Assembly (NCBI GenBank): GCA_903862715.1
Contig: CAIOYY010000003.1
Location: 1,687 to 65,686 of the forward strand
Source: an uncultured Alphaproteobacteria bacterium
GTDB lineage: Bacteria; Pseudomonadota; Alphaproteobacteria; Micropepsales; Micropepsaceae
Length of the DNA stretch: 64,000 nucleotides
Reading direction: 5' to 3'
Position numbers and translations under genes: made by a program. The notes beneath the pieces were generated by a model. The model made no database searches. It was not told where the DNA came from and saw only the letters and a list, made by a program, of their open reading frames with translations. Numbering within the stretch: the first letter of the stretch is position 1; every line of letters starts with the position of its first letter. Shown piece by piece: positions 46,465 through 54,115 of the stretch.

Positions 46465-47640
46465 CTAACAATTCGGAAGCCTGGATGCGCGGCGACTACG
46501 GCGTCGCGCCGCAGGACCGCTGACGGTCGCGAGAAGCAGCCCGACCGGACGCAGGGAAGGGACATGCATCGCAATCGTATGGAAGAAAATCAAAAGCGGC
46601 ACGGCGGTAATGGCCGCTGCCGGACCCCACATCCATAACAGAAGCGCCACGGTCACGAAGATCGCAATGGGGCTGACCACGATGCGGCGCGACAGCAGCC
46701 AGGGCTGCACGAGATTGGCTTCGATCGTGTTGAGCACCAGAAGAATGAGGGTCGGCAGCAATGCTCCCATGACGCTGTCTTCGGTGGCAAAGCCCACGAG
46801 CGCGGCAGCCAGCATCACGGCGGACGGGCCAATCACCGGAATGAAATTCAGAAGGCCAAAGGCCGCGCCCCACAAGAGCGGATCCGCGACGCCAATCAGG
46901 TGAAAGCATGCGGCGGTAATCACGGCGAGACCCGCATTGATCATCGCCAGCGTGAAGAGATAGCTGGAGACTCGAAGCCTTACATCGCGGCAGATGCGCG
47001 ACATGCGGCAGCGATTGCGAAAGCGCGTCGGCATCAAAATCAATTGTTCGGTGTAATGGCGGCGGCAGGCGAGCAGGAAGATCGTCAGAATGACGACATA
47101 GACGATGGTGGCGAGCGCGGCGGGCGCTTCATGCACCGCAGATGAGAGTATGCCGGCTTGTGCCGCAGCAGCTGGCGCTGCGGCAGGCCCCGCGTCGGAC
47201 GCGACCTGGGTGATGCGCTGGGAGACCGATTCCACTGCCGCAATCTGTTCTTTCAGCGGTGCAAGCTTCTGTTCGATCGTGCGGGTGATTTCCGGGGCCC
47301 GCTCGATCCAGTCATTGACCGATGGGACCATCGCATAAGCGAGGCCACCGAGAAGAACGAAGGTCACCATCACGGCACACACGGACGAGATGCCCGTCGG
47401 AAGGCCGGCGCGCTCCATGGTGCGGGCGACCGGGGCAAGCACGAGGGCGAACACGATGGCGAGTGCGGTCGGTGCAAGAACGCTGGCGGCCGCCATCGCA
47501 GCGGCGACGCCGGCAACAGCGGTGAGGAAAATAAGACAGCCACGGATGACGCGGACTTCTCCGCGAATGCGTGCGATGCGCTTCAGCGCGCGCGCCGTCT
47601 GCGGAATTTGGGTGCGAATCGGCCGGATTTCCAAATTCAT
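46465..47640 (-). CDS. AI-2E family transporter (UPF0118/PerM-like)
   Basis: 391 aa, polytopic, with the usual AI-2E organisation: N-terminal TM pair, a long amphipathic loop (ERAPEITRTIEQKLAPLKEQIAAVES), then multiple TM segments with a FIPVIGP-type block. Confidence 0.7.
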   Translation of the reverse strand: MNLEIRPIRTQIPQTARALKRIARIRGEVRVIRGCLIFLTAVAGVAAAMAAASVLAPTALAIVFALVLAPVARTMERAGLPTGISSVCAVMVTFVLLGGLAYAMVPSVNDWIERAPEITRTIEQKLAPLKEQIAAVESVSQRITQVASDAGPAAAPAAAAQAGILSSAVHEAPAALATIVYVVILTIFLLACRRHYTEQLILMPTRFRNRCRMSRICRDVRLRVSSYLFTLAMINAGLAVITAACFHLIGVADPLLWGAAFGLLNFIPVIGPSAVMLAAALVGFATEDSVMGALLPTLILLVLNTIEANLVQPWLLSRRIVVSPIAIFVTVALLLWMWGPAAAITAVPLLIFFHTIAMHVPSLRPVGLLLATVSGPAARRRSRRASRLPNC

Positions 47641-47841
47641 CGACCGATCCTAGCCGGGGCCAAAGGACCCGCTCCGCGATGTTCAGATTTTGTGAAATGA
47701 GCGGACCACCAATGCCGACTGTCGAGGGGGGCAATTTGACGTTGTTCGGGACCGGGGCCCGCTCGGAAAAGGAAATGCGTCAGCACGAAAATTGTTCCTG
47801 TCTCGGGTAAATATTTCGCGCTGGGTTGCGCAGGACTGAGG

Positions 47842-48014
47842 CTAAATCGGAGGCCGACCCTGGACGGCACTACGCACGCCGCTGACCACCAGAAGGATCA
47901 AAAAGAGGACGAACAGAACCTTGGCGATGGTCGCGGCAAGGCCCGCCAGACCGAGAAAGCCCAGATAGGCCGCCAGGATAGCGAGAATGAAAAAGTGAGA
48001 GCCCAACCGAGCAT
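47842..48014 (-). pseudogene. DUF1328 (UPF0391) small membrane protein, frame broken in a homopolymer run (or TTG start at 48006)
   Basis: ATG at 48014 gives MLGWALTF, then the frame is lost. Adding one base to the A5 run at 47990-47994 restores [44 protein letters not shown]..., which parallels the intact paralogue at 53162..53335. Confidence 0.6.
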
Positions 48015-48047
48015 CGCGCGTTACCCCGCGTTTGATTGCCCAATAGA

Positions 48048-48073
48048 AACGCCCCGGTGGGAACCGAAGTTCC
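48048..48073 (-). promoter_or_regulatory. EcfG-type promoter motif (minus strand)
   Basis: The plus strand reads AACG(48048-51)-N17-GTTCC(48069-73), which is GGAAC-N17-CGTT on the minus strand. It lies 34 nt upstream of the ATG at 48014. Confidence 0.6.
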
Positions 48074-48102
48074 CTTCCCGGCGGAAAAGCGTCAGCGGAG
48101 GT

Positions 48103-48474
48103 TTATTTCTTGCGGAACAGTGTCGTCGCGGCACCAAAAAGGCCCGCGAGGGCAACGGCGATGATCGGCTTGTCGCGCGCCAGTCCCGCCAGGAAAGCGA
48201 GGGTTATATCATCAGTCTGAGGCGGCTTGGCCGCCTGCGTTTCCAGAAGTTTTTTCCACTCGGTTTTGCGATACTTCGCGCGGTAGGCAAACACGGCGAG
48301 ACCAAAAACCGCCATTAAGAGAAGAACGGCCGCCGCAATCCCTGCGGCAGCCGCTGTTCCGACATAAGGTACAAAGGCAGCATAGAGCGCATAACAGGCG
48401 AAAGACGTGCCCGCGCACACAAGGACTACTCCACAGAAGAAGAGGAGCAGTGCCGCCGCAATTTTATGCCGCAT
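48103..48474 (-). CDS. Membrane protein, phage-holin-3_6/DUF1469-like, typically found next to DUF883 genes
   Basis: 123 aa with two N-terminal TM segments and one C-terminal TM segment. It starts 10 nt after the DUF883 stop. Confidence 0.45.
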   Translation of the reverse strand: MRHKIAAALLLFFCGVVLVCAGTSFACYALYAAFVPYVGTAAAAGIAAAVLLLMAVFGLAVFAYRAKYRKTEWKKLLETQAAKPPQTDDITLAFLAGLARDKPIIAVALAGLFGAATTLFRKK

Positions 48475-48483
48475 AAAAAATCC

Positions 48484-48807
48484 TCACCGCCGCAGCAGCA
48501 GCGCTCCGAGAAGCGCACCGGCGCCCATTGCAAGGGCACACGCCGCCAGAGGCTGTTCACGAACCTGTTCGCGGAGCGAAACAATATGATCCGCGCCCCA
48601 GTCCTCGACCCGTTCGGCCATGTCCTGCACTGTTTCCATAGCACCGTTCAGGGCTTCGTTCATCTTCGCCGTGGCGGCTTCACCGGCATCGCCTGCGATA
48701 CCGCGTACATCTTTCTGCAAGGCCGCAAGATCGGATTTCAGTGCGCTGAGTTTGCCGTGAAAATCATCTTCGCTTGTTTTCGCCGCTGTTTTGCGCCGTG
48801 GTGCCAT
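48484..48807 (-). CDS. DUF883 (ElaB/YqjD/YgaM-like) stress-associated membrane-anchored protein
   Basis: ATG at 48807 preceded by GGAGGA. Coiled hydrophilic body (LSALKSDLAALQKDVRG...) and a C-terminal anchor PLAACALAMGAGALLGALLLRR. Confidence 0.7.
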   Translation of the reverse strand: MAPRRKTAAKTSEDDFHGKLSALKSDLAALQKDVRGIAGDAGEAATAKMNEALNGAMETVQDMAERVEDWGADHIVSLREQVREQPLAACALAMGAGALLGALLLRR

Positions 48808-48880
48808 TTTATCCTCCAATAGGTCCGCCTCGTCGCGGAACATTTAACAGGGAAATCCCTAGGTAATTGATAACGCAGCA

Positions 48881-49665
48881 CTAAGCTGCTTGACGCTTGA
48901 CCGAGTGGAAAAATAACGCCTGTCCGATAGTGGCCTGCACGGTTTCGGGCAGGAAGGGTTTGGTAACGAGATAGGTAGGCTCCGGCCGCTCACCGGTCAG
49001 CAGGCGTTCCGGATAGGCGGTGATGAAGATCACCGGCACATCGAAGCTCTGCAAAATTTCGGTGACGGCATCGATGCCCGAACCGCCTTCGCCGAGATTG
49101 ATGTCGGCAAGGATAAGCCCGGGACGCTCGGCGCGGGCTTTGGCGACCGCTTCATCCTTGGTCGCGGCCATCGCCACAACGTCGTGTCCGAGCCCTGTAA
49201 CCAGCCCTTCGAGGTCGAGCGCGATGATGGATTCGTCTTCGATAATCAGCACCCGCGACGCGAGCTGACGCTCGATGGCGCGCTGCGCCTCGACAATCGA
49301 CGCTTCGACCTCATCCGGGGTCTGACCAAGAATGCGGGCGGCATCGGACGTCGAAAAACCTTCGACAGCCGTCAAAAGCAGCGCCGCGCGGTCGGCCGCA
49401 GAGAGCGAGCGCAGGCGTTCTTCCGCTGGAAGGTCGGCCGGATAGGCGCCTTCATCATTGGTGGAGGAACTTAGCCAGATCGCGTGAAAGAGATGATAGA
49501 GGCCGACTTTCGGAGACATGTCCTTGGACAGGTCATTCCGGCCCGCGACAAGGGCGCTGAGGGAGGCACGGACATAGGCGTCGCACTGGCCTGCGAGCCG
49601 GTCAAGGCGCGCGCGTAACGGCGCAGATGCGGCAGGTGCGGCGCGAGAGTTTCGGTCTTTGTCAT
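48881..49665 (-). pseudogene. phyR: PhyR anti-anti-sigma factor (sigma-like domain plus receiver), frame broken by a 1-nt deletion
   Basis: ATG at 49665 gives MTKTETLAPHLPHLRRYARALTGSQAS, then the frame shifts. The second frame continues DAYVRASLSALVAGRNDLSKDMSPKVGLYHLFHAIW and ends in a receiver domain (VLIIEDESIIA...LILADINLG...LVTKPF). One added base near 49584 restores the conserved LTGSQASGDAYV. Confidence 0.8.
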
Positions 49666-49695
49666 TGGTTCTTTTCCTGATTTCCCCAGGCTGAA

Positions 49696-49720
49696 TACGG
49701 TCCAGCTAAGGGAAAGTTCC
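49696..49720 (-). promoter_or_regulatory. EcfG-type promoter motif for phyR (variant -10)
   Basis: The minus strand reads GGAAC(49720-16)-N16-CGTA(49699-96), about 30 nt upstream of the phyR ATG. Confidence 0.5.
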
Positions 49721-49749
49721 CCACGGTTCCCAAAAGTTCCCATAGGCCG

Positions 49750-49775
49750 GGAACCATAGCCCAGACTGGCGCGTT
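49750..49775 (+). promoter_or_regulatory. EcfG-type promoter motif for nepR-ecfG
   Basis: GGAAC(49750-54)-N17-CGTT(49772-75), upstream of the nepR ATG at 49855. Confidence 0.65.
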
Positions 49776-49854
49776 TTGATCGCTACTGGCGGGAAATGTT
49801 CGTAGGTGCCGACCGTGCGAAACCATCGATAGGCAGGAATTAGCGAGTATTATC

Positions 49855-50097
49855 ATGCACAAAAGTGCAATTTGGAACGAGCAGGCGGCGAACCCAGGGG
49901 GGACTGGCTTGGCAGAAGAAGACCGACCCGAAGATCGGGAAAAGATTGCGAACATAAGGGCGCGGCAGCGCGCCATCGGGCGGGAATTGCGGCGCATGTA
50001 CGACGAAGTCGTGCAGGAGCCGGTCCCGGACGATTTCCTCGACCTCCTTCGTCAGATCGATGCGAAGGATACGAACAAGGGGAAGAAACCCGAGTGA
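49855..50097 (+). CDS. nepR: NepR anti-sigma factor
   Basis: 80 aa with the conserved core RAIGRELRRMYDEVVQEPVPDDFLDLLRQID. Positioned immediately upstream of the ECF sigma gene. Confidence 0.8.
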   Translation: MHKSAIWNEQAANPGGTGLAEEDRPEDREKIANIRARQRAIGRELRRMYDEVVQEPVPDDFLDLLRQIDAKDTNKGKKPE

Positions 50098-50849
50098 CCA
50101 TACACCAGCCCAAACCAGCGACGAACGGGGCCGCACGTCCACCCGGCGAGCCTCTGAACGCGGCCGACCGGTCGCTCTCTGAAGGAGCAGGTGCCGCGCG
50201 GGCCCCTTCCAAGGCTGATCCGGCTGTGGAGCGCGAGTTCCGCGATGGGCTGATCGAATTGCTTCCCTTCCTGCGCGCCTTCGCGCGGTCGCTTTGCGGC
50301 AATCGGGAGCTTGCCGACGACATCGCGCAGGAGGCTCTGGCAAAGGCCTGGCAATCGCGCGACAGCTTTCGTCCGGGTTCGAATTTAAAGGCATGGTTGT
50401 TCACCATCCTGCGCAATCTTTATTACTCCGACCGCAGGCGCGCCTGGCGTCAGGCCCCGTGGGATGAAACGGCCGCCGAACGCATTCCTTCGCCACGCGG
50501 CGAGCAATCTTGGGCGGTGGACCTCTCGGACACCGCACGGGCGATGACGGCCCTGCCCGATGAACAGCGTGAAGCGCTGATCCTCGTTGGCGCCGGCGGC
50601 TTCTCTTATGAAGATGCCGCTAGAATCAGCGGCTGCGCTGTGGGTACTGTGAAAAGCCGCGTCGCGCGGGCGCGCAAAGCGCTGATTGCGGCGCTGGATG
50701 GTCGGGAGCCCTTGGCGGAAAAGCGCCGCCTTGCGGGACAGGATGCAACGCATGAAATTATGGCCGAGCTTGAACGCTTGGCGCCGGACGAACGGCCGGG
50801 CGAACCCGACGGACCCGGCTCCAAAGGACGCATCGCCGGAACGCGTTGA
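50094..50849 (+). CDS. ecfG: ECF sigma factor, EcfG type (general stress response)
   Basis: GTG at 50094 overlaps the nepR stop (GTGA). Region 2 reads DIAQEALAKAWQSRDSFRPGSNLKAWLFTILRNLYYS. Region 4 reads LPDEQREALILVGAGGFSYEDAARISGCAVGTVKSRVARAR. Confidence 0.85.
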   Translation: MTIHQPKPATNGAARPPGEPLNAADRSLSEGAGAARAPSKADPAVEREFRDGLIELLPFLRAFARSLCGNRELADDIAQEALAKAWQSRDSFRPGSNLKAWLFTILRNLYYSDRRRAWRQAPWDETAAERIPSPRGEQSWAVDLSDTARAMTALPDEQREALILVGAGGFSYEDAARISGCAVGTVKSRVARARKALIAALDGREPLAEKRRLAGQDATHEIMAELERLAPDERPGEPDGPGSKGRIAGTR

Positions 50850-52596
50850 GCATTCCCTTCGAACCCGTCTTCTCGTCATTGTCGTGCTGGCGCTGCTGCC
50901 TGCCGCAATCGTCAGCGTGGTCCAGGGACTTGATCGCATCCAACGCGACAATGAGGATGTCCGCGCGCTGTTGGTGCAGACCGCGCGCGCGACCGCTAGC
51001 GACGAACAGAACCTTCTGGCCTCGGCGGAGCAGATTTTACGCGCGCATGCCAACCAGCCCGACGTACGGCAGGCCTCGCCCGCCTGCGACGGCGCGCTGG
51101 CCAATGCCCTTTTAGGGATTTCGTTCTTTCCCAACATCATGCGCCTCGACGCCGAGGGCAATGTCGTCTGTTCCGCACTGCCTCATGAGCCGCTGAATTT
51201 CAGCGATCGTGACTGGTGGCAGGCCGCGCAGCGAACGACCGGCTTTTTTGTTTCCGAACCCGATTATGAAACGCTGACCCGCAGCATTGTGATCGGAGGC
51301 GTTTTGCCTTTGCGCAATGCCGACGGCGCCTTCGACGGCACACTGAATATCGCGCTGGATGTGCAATGGCTCGATTTCATGTTGCAGGCCCGGCAATTGC
51401 CGCAAGGCGCGGTCGCGGCGCTGTTTAACCAGGCGGGCTCTCTGATCACCGCGACCAATCAGGACGAAGCGTCGGAAATTTTCCGCGGCGGCGTGCTGCC
51501 GGAATTGAGCAATCAGCTTTTGACCGGCACTGGGCATGGCGGTGAAACCTGGAGTTATGCGGTGGCGCCGCTATCAGGCAGCAACACCTATCTCGGATTC
51601 GCCATGCCCAATTCGGTGCTGTTCCGCACCACTTATATTCATGTGGCGACCGATCTGCTTCTGCCGGCCCTGATGCTGGGACTGGCTTCCGTTGCCATCT
51701 GGATCGCGACCGATCGGCTGGTGTTACGCTGGATCGTCTATCTGCGCCGCATGGCGGTGGCGTATTCCCGCGGCCATTACGCGATCCGTCCCACCATTTT
51801 GAACAGGGCACCGAGCGAATTCCGGACACTGGGCGATGCCCTGACCAATATGGCCTCCGCCGTGGACGAACGCGACCGTTCGCTACGCGATGCGGTGGCG
51901 CAGAAATCCAATCTCATCCGGGAAATCCATCACCGGGTTAAAAACAATTTGCAGATCGTGATGAGTCTGTTGTCGCTGCAGGCGGGACAATTGAAAGACC
52001 AGGCTGCGAAGGACGCGTTGCGCGAGACGCAGATTCGCGTGAATGCGCTTGCGCTGGTGCACCGTATTCTGCATGAGCTGGAGAATGTGCATCTCGTCGA
52101 TATCAGCGAGCTTCTGACGGATCTGGTGCGCCAGGTGCATGAGGGATTCGGCGCCGCACACCGTGACGTGGCGCTCGAACTCGATATTCTTCCACGGCAG
52201 ATGACGAGCGATCTCGCGGTGCCGTTGACTCTGTTCACGGTGGAGGCGCTGACCAATGCTTTCAAACATGCATTTCCGGAAGAATCCGGCGGCGGCAATA
52301 TTCGCGTTTCGCTGAAAGCGGTAGACGGCGCTTCCCTGCGACTTGCCATCGAAGACAATGGCCTAGGCCTCAACACCAGAAAAACGGGCACGAGCATCGG
52401 TTCACGATTGATGCGGGCGTTTTCCGCGCAGGTGAACGGTACTTCGAACATAAACGCGCGCGACGGCGGCGGCACATCGGTCACGCTTGTGTTTCCCGAT
52501 CCGCTGAAAACCCTGGATGACCGTGACGAGGGCGATGCCGCTTATGCGGTGGCGAACACGAACCGCGACGAAGCCGCAACGCAGCGTTTTGCCTGA
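50743..52596 (+). CDS. Sensor histidine kinase, HisKA_2/HWE type (PhyK-like) with periplasmic sensor domain
   Basis: TM segment (LLVIVVLALLPAAIVSVV), extracytoplasmic domain, second TM segment, then the H-box IREIHHRVKNNLQIVMSLLSLQ and an ATPase domain. The start is uncertain (ATG at 50743 or 50752) and overlaps the 3' end of ecfG. Confidence 0.8.
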   Translation: MQRMKLWPSLNAWRRTNGRANPTDPAPKDASPERVEHSLRTRLLVIVVLALLPAAIVSVVQGLDRIQRDNEDVRALLVQTARATASDEQNLLASAEQILRAHANQPDVRQASPACDGALANALLGISFFPNIMRLDAEGNVVCSALPHEPLNFSDRDWWQAAQRTTGFFVSEPDYETLTRSIVIGGVLPLRNADGAFDGTLNIALDVQWLDFMLQARQLPQGAVAALFNQAGSLITATNQDEASEIFRGGVLPELSNQLLTGTGHGGETWSYAVAPLSGSNTYLGFAMPNSVLFRTTYIHVATDLLLPALMLGLASVAIWIATDRLVLRWIVYLRRMAVAYSRGHYAIRPTILNRAPSEFRTLGDALTNMASAVDERDRSLRDAVAQKSNLIREIHHRVKNNLQIVMSLLSLQAGQLKDQAAKDALRETQIRVNALALVHRILHELENVHLVDISELLTDLVRQVHEGFGAAHRDVALELDILPRQMTSDLAVPLTLFTVEALTNAFKHAFPEESGGGNIRVSLKAVDGASLRLAIEDNGLGLNTRKTGTSIGSRLMRAFSAQVNGTSNINARDGGGTSVTLVFPDPLKTLDDRDEGDAAYAVANTNRDEAATQRFA

Positions 52597-52725
52597 CATC
52601 CGGTTCAGGTTTTCAACGTAGCAGTCTTTCAAGAAGCAGTGCGAAAAGTCGGCGGCGCCACGAGCCATTGTGAGGTCGCGGCCAGGATCAAGCTCTCAGC
52701 AGATCAGAATTAAGTCCTCGTAACT

Positions 52726-52751
52726 GCAACCTTTTTTCGCCGTTGTCCGTT
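52726..52751 (+). promoter_or_regulatory. Possible EcfG-type promoter (one mismatch in -35)
   Basis: GCAAC(52726-30)-N17-CGTT(52748-51), 40 nt upstream of the ATG at 52792. Confidence 0.35.
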
Positions 52752-52791
52752 TTCAGATTAGGGGAAAACATAATCCGAAGAGGAAAACGTC

Positions 52792-53088
52792 ATGACGAAC
52801 CAGAATCAGCAGAACCAAAATCAGAACCAGAAAAATCAGGATCAACAGAACCAGAATCAGGGCCGTCCGCAGCAGCAGCAGCCGGACGCGCGTGATCGGA
52901 ACGACGAGAATCAGCAGCAGCAGAATCGCGCTCAGGGCCAGAATCAGCAGGGCCATCAGGATCAGAATAAGCGCGATCAGCAGAACCAGCAGAGTCCGTC
53001 TGGTCAGAACCAGGCCGGTCAGAGTGGGCAGCGCGAGCAGAATCAGGAACCCGATAATCAGAACAAGAACCGGAATCAGCAGCGCTGA
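52792..53088 (+). CDS. 98-aa Gln/Asn-rich, fully hydrophilic low-complexity protein
   Basis: The ATG is preceded by AGAGGAA, and the gene is followed by a strong terminator. The product MTNQNQQNQNQNQKNQDQQNQNQGRPQQQQ... has 38 Gln and 20 Asn by hand count, and no aromatic or large aliphatic residue after Met1. Confidence 0.65.
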   Translation: MTNQNQQNQNQNQKNQDQQNQNQGRPQQQQPDARDRNDENQQQQNRAQGQNQQGHQDQNKRDQQNQQSPSGQNQAGQSGQREQNQEPDNQNKNRNQQR

Positions 53089-53110
53089 ATTGCGTTCTCG
53101 TGAATAAACG

Positions 53111-53138
53111 AAAGGCCGGCGGTGACGCCGGCCTTTTT
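53111..53138. terminator. Rho-independent terminator, bidirectional
   Basis: aaaggccggcg-gtga-cgccggccttttt lies between the convergent genes ending at 53088 (+) and 53162 (-). Confidence 0.85.
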
Positions 53139-53161
53139 GTTTGCGTATTTAGATGAGGATG

Positions 53162-53335
53162 TCAGCCGAGAGACCGCCCGCGTATGAGGGCAAAAATCAG
53201 ACTGACCGCGAACAGCACCAGAAAAATGACGAAGAGCAATTGCGCTATTCCGGCGGCGGCCGCGGCTACACCGCTGAAGCCAAAAAAGGCGGCCACCAGC
53301 GCAACGATGAGAAATGTCAGAGCCCAACCCAGCAT
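53162..53335 (-). CDS. DUF1328 (UPF0391) small membrane protein, intact copy (57 aa)
   Basis: [60 protein letters not shown] at 53335. It is hidden inside spurious track ORF 53076..53471. Confidence 0.75.
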   Translation of the reverse strand: MLGWALTFLIVALVAAFFGFSGVAAAAAGIAQLLFVIFLVLFAVSLIFALIRGRSLG

Positions 53336-53366
53336 GGTTATTTTCCTTTTGGAATTCCATGACGGA

Positions 53367-53392
53367 AACGCTCCGGCTACGCTTTGGGTTCC
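53367..53392 (-). promoter_or_regulatory. EcfG-type promoter motif (minus strand)
   Basis: The plus strand reads AACG(53367-70)-N17-GTTCC(53388-92), which is GGAAC-N17-CGTT on the minus strand. It lies 32 nt upstream of the ATG at 53335. Confidence 0.6.
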
Positions 53393-53483
53393 GGCGCTTT
53401 ACATGGCGGGAGAAATGCAAAGGGGGCGCCCCGGAAACGGAGCACCCCCTTGCAGTATTTTGAATTCTCAATCGCGCAGGCGA

Positions 53484-53821
53484 TCAATCATCCAGGCGGG
53501 CCTGAAAGGTTTGACCGCGCAGTGAGACGATTTCTTCCCTGGTGAGATCGGCGATCAGGATGTTACGTTCCGGGAGATACACGAAATCGTCCGCATCCAG
53601 CGTGACGATCTCCTCGCCCCAGCCATAGCCCCCGGAGACTTCGATCTCGATCGTTTCAGCCTCGCCGTCTTCGTCGAGCAGCGTGCGATAGACAGGTCCG
53701 ACACTGAGCGTTGCGCATCGTCGACCTTGGCGTTGGAGAGCGTGCTTTCCGGCAGGCCGACGTCATCCAGCTCGAGCGCCGCCGCACGTTCTTCCACACT
53801 GATATGATCCTGTGTGACCAT
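53484..53821 (-). pseudogene. Small acidic protein of unknown family, apparent frameshift near 53700-53712
   Basis: The frame from ATG 53821 reads MVTQDHISVEERAAALELDDVGLPESTLSNAKVDDAQR and then degenerates into Arg/Ser-rich sequence. The -1 frame continues SVGPVYRTLLDEDGEAETIEIEVSGGYGWGEEIVTLDADDFVYLPERNILIADLTREEIVSLRGQTFQARLDD to a stop at 53484, and has no start codon of its own. Confidence 0.5.
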
Positions 53822-54115
53822 GGCTCGGGACACACGGTGCCGGGCGCGTGCCGCCGCGCGCGTTACGGTGAGCGCGGTTCCGCTTGCCAAGAAAATCATT
53901 TGGAAACAGCCGCTTACACTATCCCCTGCAAATCGAGGGCATTCACATCAAGTTCAGGGACAGAGGGACACACTCCGTGTGAAGGATGGACCGGCAGGCA
54001 GACAGGCATAGCTTGTTACAATTTGCCCGATTCACCGCCATTTCTGACACAGTGCCCTGACGCCTCTCGCTTAGGTTCCGCAACGTAACACCAGCATAAG
54101 TCGACCCGAGTTCAC

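Noticed and set aside
47775-47797. Minus-strand GGAAC-N16-CATT upstream of the AI-2E transporter gene as an eighth EcfG promoter
   Set aside because: It has a mismatch in the critical -10 CGTT and lies about 135 nt from the start codon. That is too weak to call without a matrix score.
52753-53107. ORFs 52753..52956 (-; LILLIL-rich) and 52892..53107 (+; RISSSRI-rich) overlapping the Gln/Asn-rich gene
   Set aside because: They are by-products of the CAG/AAC/AAT periodicity read in other frames. Only the 52792..53088 frame has an RBS, an ATG at the right spacing and a terminator directly after its stop.
53076-53471. 131-aa minus-strand track ORF covering the DUF1328 locus
   Set aside because: It reads through the terminator hairpin and the promoter motif and has no family resemblance. 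The 57-aa frame (53162..53335) gives a textbook DUF1328 sequence.
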